Assembly: GCA_017647785.1 (NCBI GenBank)
Contig: JAGCJW010000041.1
Location: 18,960 to 82,959 of the forward strand
DNA: 64,000 nt
Direction of reading: 5' to 3'
From: Bacteroidales bacterium
Lineage (GTDB): Bacteria > Bacteroidota > Bacteroidia > Bacteroidales > P3
Below are positions 59,213 through 64,000 of this stretch, in pieces. The notes beneath the pieces were generated by a model. That model was not told where the DNA came from, did no database searches, and saw only the letters and a program-made list of their open reading frames with translations. The position numbers and the translations under genes were made by a program. Each line of letters opens with the position of its first letter. Position 1 is the first letter of the stretch.

Positions 59213-59659
59213 TTATTCTAAAACTTTTGTGAAATATCCTTGTAAGTCGAATTGAAGCTTTATTTCTTCATTTTTCTTGTATATTGTTGCCATGTAACTT
59301 TTTTTGTTACGCAATTCAACTATATCTATACTCTCTATTTTGTAACCTTTATAGTTTTCTTCTATATAGTTTAGAATTGTTTTTGGTGTGTATTCCAAAG
59401 GTACATTCCATGCTGTTTCAACTGATGTGTTTTTAAAACGCATACTTACTTGATTTCCTGAAGAGGCAAAGTTTGCGATATAACATGTTGAATCTACCAT
59501 TTGCCATTTTGCTTGTTCAATTTCTGGTCGGCGTTTTTTGAAGTCTTGGACAAATTTTGCAGGCACGTCTTTTTCATCAACTGATTTATATTTGTCTTTT
59601 GTTGTTGCACAACTTGTAACTAGAGTAATTCCTAATAATATTAAAGCTATTTTTTTCAT
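59213..59659 (-). CDS. PepSY-like (putative beta-lactamase-inhibitor-like) lipoprotein
   Basis: 148 aa. Lipobox LVTSC. Repeated VP..F......P......W pattern reminiscent of the PepSY_like/DUF2874 family. Confidence 0.5.
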   Translation of the reverse strand: MKKIALILLGITLVTSCATTKDKYKSVDEKDVPAKFVQDFKKRRPEIEQAKWQMVDSTCYIANFASSGNQVSMRFKNTSVETAWNVPLEYTPKTILNYIEENYKGYKIESIDIVELRNKKSYMATIYKKNEEIKLQFDLQGYFTKVLE

Positions 59660-59681
59660 ATTTTTATTTTTTTTGATTTTG

Positions 59682-59689
59682 CAAATATA
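59682..59689 (-). promoter_or_regulatory. Bacteroidota sigma-A -7 box (PepSY-like gene)
   Basis: Minus strand TATATTTG, 22 nt upstream of the ATG at 59659. Confidence 0.5.
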
Positions 59690-59711
59690 ATATTTTTATT
59701 GTTATCTTGTG

Positions 59712-60500
59712 CTACTTAAGGAGTAAATTTTGAAAGATTTGTTGTAAATCGACTATTTTAAAGAGGGATAATGATGTGAATATGACTACAAAGATTACTA
59801 TCCATCGTACGAAACGACTTCCTTTTTGAAAGGCTAATTTTGTTGCGATGAATGAACCGATGAATGTGCCTATTGAGTGGATTAATCCGTATTGCCAATG
59901 TATAGTTCCTTCGCTCCAAAAGACAAGGACTGCAACAATGGTATATAGTGCCATTACTGTTATTTTAACAGCATTGGTTTTTATGATATTGTATCCTAAA
60001 AGCATTGACCCTGCTGCCATTAGAAGAAATCCTGTTCCTACTTGTACGAATCCTCCATAAACTCCTATTAGAAAGAAGGTTAGATATTGCAGGGTGTTTA
60101 TTCCATTTTTTGTTTTGGATTCGTCGTCTTCTTCGAATTTTTTTGGGGAGCGAAAAAGGAAGATTATCATTACCAAAAGACTGATTCCCATAAAATAGGA
60201 AAAGAGCATTTCGGGCAATAGGATTGAAAGGACTGAACCGGTAAGTGCTCCAATCATTGTGGGGATTGCAAGTCGGAAAATGTAGGTTTGTTTTAAATAT
60301 CCTTTTCTTGCAAATAAGGGTACTGTTAATGATGTTTGTAACAGTACCCCTATTCTATTTGTTGCATTTGCTTCCGAAGGGGAGAATCCTAGTGCAAGAT
60401 ATAGTGCAATAGAGATAGCGGTTCCTCCTGCTGAAAGCGTGTTGATAAATCCGACGAATAAACCGGATATTATTAATATTAAAAAGATTGATATCGTCAA
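59712..60500 (-). CDS. TauE/SafE-family sulfite/anion exporter
   Basis: 262 aa, 7-8 TM, two-fold internal repeat, TTG start. Confidence 0.8.
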   Translation of the reverse strand: MTISIFLILIISGLFVGFINTLSAGGTAISIALYLALGFSPSEANATNRIGVLLQTSLTVPLFARKGYLKQTYIFRLAIPTMIGALTGSVLSILLPEMLFSYFMGISLLVMIIFLFRSPKKFEEDDESKTKNGINTLQYLTFFLIGVYGGFVQVGTGFLLMAAGSMLLGYNIIKTNAVKITVMALYTIVAVLVFWSEGTIHWQYGLIHSIGTFIGSFIATKLAFQKGSRFVRWIVIFVVIFTSLSLFKIVDLQQIFQNLLLK

Positions 60501-60512
60501 TTGTTCTTTTTT

Positions 60513-61055
60513 TTATTTATCTACTTTTGGTTGTAGTTGTTTTTTGTTTACAACTCCTTTTGCTTGTTTGAATTCTGGTGTTTGTAGTTCTGGTTTTTTA
60601 TTACCTTGTTCTTTTTTCCTTAGTTGGTGCATTAGTTTTTTTTCTTCTAGGATTAGTTTTGCTACTTTTTCTTTTGGTAAGACTTCTTGGAATCTTTCGT
60701 AGTAGCTAGTTTTTATTGTTAGTATATTTTTTTCTGTTTCTAGTTCTATTTTTATTATATTTTCTGCGTCACCTTCTTTTATATCTTCCACGTTTTTGTA
60801 TTTTGATTTTACTGCATGTGCTTTTTCTATTGTTTTGTTTAATTCTGCATCGTAGGCTTCATATAGTGTCCAAAATTTTTCACTTTCTTCTTTTGTTAGT
60901 TTAAGATTTTGTGTGAATGTCGCTTTTTTCATTTTCATGATTTTGGCTTGTAGTTCTTTTTTATCTACTTCTTTATGACATTCTGATTTTTCTTGTGCGA
61001 AAACAGGTAGTGTTAATACTAATACTAAAACTGTTAATAATACTTTTCTTTTCAT
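60513..61055 (-). CDS. Periplasmic Spy/CpxP-like helical protein (sensor partner of the ECF sigma module)
   Basis: 180 aa, signal peptide. LKLTKEESEKFWTLYEAYDAE LTxxQ-like motif. 1-nt overlap (TAATG) with the upstream anti-sigma-like gene. Confidence 0.5.
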   Translation of the reverse strand: MKRKVLLTVLVLVLTLPVFAQEKSECHKEVDKKELQAKIMKMKKATFTQNLKLTKEESEKFWTLYEAYDAELNKTIEKAHAVKSKYKNVEDIKEGDAENIIKIELETEKNILTIKTSYYERFQEVLPKEKVAKLILEEKKLMHQLRKKEQGNKKPELQTPEFKQAKGVVNKKQLQPKVDK

Positions 61056-61513
61056 TATTCTAGTGTTTCTAAATTATTTATTATGTATTCGTTTATTTCT
61101 TCTTCCATATAATTTTCCATATATGCAAGTTCTTCTTCTGTGAATTCTATTTGTTCTGCTTCTTTTACCATTTCTTTTACTTGGTTTTCCCAGGCAATTT
61201 CTTCTGAATATTGGTTTTGTTGTTGGTTTTGTTGTGGTGTTTCTTTGTTTTGAGAACTAAATAGGTTTAAGACATTGAAGCTTAACAATGGTTCTTTTCT
61301 GTCGTAGTTGAATCCTATTATAAATATACTTATAGAGAGTGTTAATATTAGTGATATACTCGCTACATATTTCAAAACTCTAGAGACGGAAACGTGTTTT
61401 GTTTTCGCTTCTTTTTCTAGTCGTTTGTTCAAATTATCGAAATAATTTTCAGGAACTTTAAAAGGATTGTTCTTTTTATCCATCGTATTTTCCATGTTTT
61501 CTTGTTTAGACAA
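61055..61513 (-). CDS. Putative anti-sigma factor (single TM)
   Basis: 152 aa. N-terminal FKVPENYFDNLNKRL motif, one TM helix, directly downstream of the ECF sigma gene. Confidence 0.5.
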   Translation of the reverse strand: MSKQENMENTMDKKNNPFKVPENYFDNLNKRLEKEAKTKHVSVSRVLKYVASISLILTLSISIFIIGFNYDRKEPLLSFNVLNLFSSQNKETPQQNQQQNQYSEEIAWENQVKEMVKEAEQIEFTEEELAYMENYMEEEINEYIINNLETLE

Positions 61514-61542
61514 TTTATTATAAGGGAAGTTTAATTTTTGTT

Positions 61543-62100
61543 TTAAATATTTTCTTCCAGCATTATTTCTTCTATTTTTTTTGTTGCAATGTGATATGAT
61601 GCCTTTAATGCGCCTTCTGATGTTTTGGTGATTGCGGATATTTGAGAAAATGATAAGTCATCGTAATATCTCATTTGAAAGACGGCTCTTTGTTTTGCTG
61701 GCAACTCTAACATTGCTTTTTGTAGTTTTAGTTCTACTTTATCTCCGTCAAATAGTGTGTCGGCTTTTAGGTTTTCAAACACTTCTTGTTCAAATGCAAT
61801 ATTATTTTTTAATTGTCTGTTTGTTTTGGATTTTATGTGATTGATGGTGTGGTTATATGTTATGCGATATATCCATGTTGAAAGTTTTGATTCTTGATTA
61901 AAACTTTCTATGTTTTCAAATATTTTTATAAAGATTTCTTGAACTAAGTCGTCGGCGTCTTCGTGTGAAAGTACCATACGTCTTACTTGCCAATATACCA
62001 TTTCAGAGTATTTACTAATAAGCAATGAGTATCCCTTCTCTCTTGTTGAGGGATTTTTTATCATTTTTAGTAAATGTGTTTCAGTTTTGTTTATATCCAT
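61543..62100 (-). CDS. ECF-type RNA polymerase sigma-70 factor
   Basis: Region 2 (DADDLVQEIFIKIFENI) and region 4 (LSFSQISAITKTSEGALKASYHIATKKI). Start uncertain (62121, 62100 or 62064). The 5' end overlaps the anmK 3' end. Confidence 0.85.
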   Translation of the reverse strand: MDINKTETHLLKMIKNPSTREKGYSLLISKYSEMVYWQVRRMVLSHEDADDLVQEIFIKIFENIESFNQESKLSTWIYRITYNHTINHIKSKTNRQLKNNIAFEQEVFENLKADTLFDGDKVELKLQKAMLELPAKQRAVFQMRYYDDLSFSQISAITKTSEGALKASYHIATKKIEEIMLEENI

Positions 62101-63137
62101 TGAACTATTTGTCCTCCACAATTATCTTTTTCTGCACCTGTTACAGAGGCAAGGCAATTTATTTCTTTTCTGTGTCTTAACACTCCAAGGAATGCAAATA
62201 TCATTGCTTCTTTATAGTCTATTGTTATTTTATCAGGTACTTCTATAGTGTAATCTACTTTTGTTTTTAGTCTTTCTATTAGGTATTCGTTATAGACTCC
62301 TCCTCCTGTTATTAGGGTTTTTCCTGTTATGTTATTAGTTAATTGGCAAATTATGTGTTCTGTATATGTAGCTATTTGATTTTCTATTATTAGTTCAGAG
62401 TTTTCTAGTAAAGGGAAAATGTTTTCAACTACCCATTCTTTGCCTAAGGATTTGTTTTTTTTCTTTTTGTAATATGGTAAAGAATTAAGGGTTTTTAATA
62501 GTTTTTTATCAATTTTTCCGTTTGCTGCTATTTGTCCTTTGTCATCGTAAGGAAGGGAGAGTTTTTCTGCAAGATGGTTTAAAACTATATTCACAGGGCA
62601 TATGTCGTATGCGATGCGTTTTCCTTGTTTTTCCATACTAATATTTGAGAATCCTCCAAGGTTTAGGCAGTTTTCATAGTTTGAAAATAAGATTTTATCT
62701 CCTATTGGTACGAGTGGTGCACCTTGTCCACCTAATGCAACGTCCATTGAACGAAAGTCCCCTATTGTAGTTTTTTGTACTTGGGAACATAGTGCTGATA
62801 AATCTCCTATTTGTGTTGTGTAATGCAGGTCAGGTCGATGGAATATGGTTTGTCCGTGTGATGAAACAAAATCTACATCAAGAGAATTTGCATCTAAAAA
62901 CTCTTTTGCTTTCTTTCCAAAGTAGTATCCTAGCTCTACTGAAAACTGTGATATTTCTTGTGCAGAGGCTGTTTCCATTGAGCGTATCTTGCGTTTGAAT
63001 TCATCGTCATAAAGGAAAGTTTGGGCTTTTTTGATTTCGTAAGTCCACTCTCCTTTCTTTTCATTAAATTCACAGTAGGCAACATCTAATCCATCAAGCG
63101 ATGTGCCTGACATTAAACCAAGTACTCTATAAAACAT
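62091..63137 (-). CDS. anmK: Anhydro-N-acetylmuramic acid kinase
   Basis: 348 aa. GLMSGTSLDGLD N-terminal motif and the GGGVYN ASKHA fold. Confidence 0.9.
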   Translation of the reverse strand: MFYRVLGLMSGTSLDGLDVAYCEFNEKKGEWTYEIKKAQTFLYDDEFKRKIRSMETASAQEISQFSVELGYYFGKKAKEFLDANSLDVDFVSSHGQTIFHRPDLHYTTQIGDLSALCSQVQKTTIGDFRSMDVALGGQGAPLVPIGDKILFSNYENCLNLGGFSNISMEKQGKRIAYDICPVNIVLNHLAEKLSLPYDDKGQIAANGKIDKKLLKTLNSLPYYKKKKNKSLGKEWVVENIFPLLENSELIIENQIATYTEHIICQLTNNITGKTLITGGGVYNEYLIERLKTKVDYTIEVPDKITIDYKEAMIFAFLGVLRHRKEINCLASVTGAEKDNCGGQIVQWI

Positions 63138-64000
63138 CTTTCAACACCTCCATTTTTGTTGAGCGAGAACCTTTTATTAATATTGTAGATGATGATATTT
63201 TATTTTCTATTAAGTAGGTTTTCAACTCTTCTGATGTTGCAAACCACTCTATTCCTTTTGAAGCAACGTCTTTGTATTCTTCTCCTATCAAAACAACTCT
63301 ATCAAAGTTCTTGGATTGTATTAATTCCGATATGTTTTGATGTTCTTGTTTTGAAACTTCTCCAAGTTCTTTCATCGCACCCATGAAAACAATTTTGTTT
63401 TTGGCTTCTGTGTTTGCAAAAGACTCTATAGCGGCTTTGCAAGATGAAGGGTTTGCATTGTAGCAATCTAATATAAGTGTATTGTTTTCTGTTTTCAAAA
63501 CTTGAGAACGATTGTTTGAAGGTGTATATTCTTCTATTGCTTGTTTAATTAATTCAAATTCTACTTTAAGATATTCACCTATTGTTAAGGCTGCCAATAT
63601 ATTGTATGCGTTATATATTCCTATAAGAGAAGATGTGATTGTTTGATTTTGATATGTGATTTGTGCGTATGCGTTTTGAGTTGTTGCCTTTGCTATTATG
63701 TTGGCTTGGTTTTTTAAGGAGTATGTTGTTTTCTTGTCGTAGGTTTCGTTTTTCAAGAATTCATCATCTATATTTACAAATATATGAGAATATTTTTGAG
63801 ATTGCGTTTTAACGTATTCGTATAAGGCTTTTTTAGTTTTTACAATATTTTCTACACTTCCAAATCCCTCAATATGTGCCGTACCTATATTGGTTACTAT
63901 TCCCATATCTGGTTGTGCAATTTCACATAAGAAGCCTATCTCTCCAAGATGATTTGCCCCCATTTCAACTATAGCAATTTCAGTATCTTGTGGTATAGAA
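63127..64000 (-). CDS. murF: UDP-MurNAc-tripeptide--D-Ala-D-Ala ligase (MurF), C-terminal part; 5' end beyond the window
   Basis: The reading frame stays open to position 64000. MGANHLGEI..VTNIGTAHIEGFGS..DCYNANPSS..KGSRSTKME are typical MurF central and C-terminal motifs. 11-nt overlap with anmK. Confidence 0.85.
   Translation of the reverse strand, partial: SIPQDTEIAIVEMGANHLGEIGFLCEIAQPDMGIVTNIGTAHIEGFGSVENIVKTKKALYEYVKTQSQKYSHIFVNIDDEFLKNETYDKKTTYSLKNQANIIAKATTQNAYAQITYQNQTITSSLIGIYNAYNILAALTIGEYLKVEFELIKQAIEEYTPSNNRSQVLKTENNTLILDCYNANPSSCKAAIESFANTEAKNKIVFMGAMKELGEVSKQEHQNISELIQSKNFDRVVLIGEEYKDVASKGIEWFATSEELKTYLIENKISSSTILIKGSRSTKMEVLKDVL

Overview
AT-rich, gene-dense chromosomal segment that looks like Bacteroidota. 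The phylum call rests on five things: many TAnnTTTG -7 promoter boxes, a T9SS type-B C-terminal sorting domain, a MurF-Alr fusion, a Rho with a long K/E-rich N-terminal insertion, and a fused NfnA-NfnB-like oxidoreductase. About 54 protein genes are present and most are housekeeping: split transketolase, typA, alaS, sdaA, gdhA, trkA plus two trkH, kbl-tdh, GH2 beta-galactosidase, folD, ffh, rho, glyQS, gyrB, rocD, miaA, anmK, murF. One clear RNA gene is present: RNase P RNA (rnpB), 10 nt downstream of typA. I see no CRISPR array, transposase, integrase, tRNA or rRNA, and no recognisable defence island. Overall this is an ordinary core-genome region. The parts the gene list does not explain are mostly non-coding or architectural. 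(1) A 774-bp ORF-free island at 34.9-35.7 kb holds a consensus promoter, a 119-nt four-helix hairpin and 4.5 iteron-like 21-bp repeats with a palindromic core, next to an orphan membrane protein. (2) An ECF sigma/anti-sigma pair in which the anti-sigma carries a T9SS type-B C-terminal domain on a repeat-containing tether. (3) A secreted vWA protein gene sits between the two halves of a split transketolase. (4) A C8 homopolymer lies in the spacer of a promoter for a small Cys-rich lipoprotein, a candidate for phase variation. (5) A word family AAACAAAGAA recurs with a mostly 21-bp phase (20 bp in one pair) in many spacers and also inside one CDS. (6) A 61-nt hairpin module is present twice at about 95% identity. 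(7) Three tandem TCCAA-N5-TTGGA palindromes lie upstream of an AbrB-like/acyltransferase pair. All functional interpretations of these elements are inference. None could be tested against databases here.
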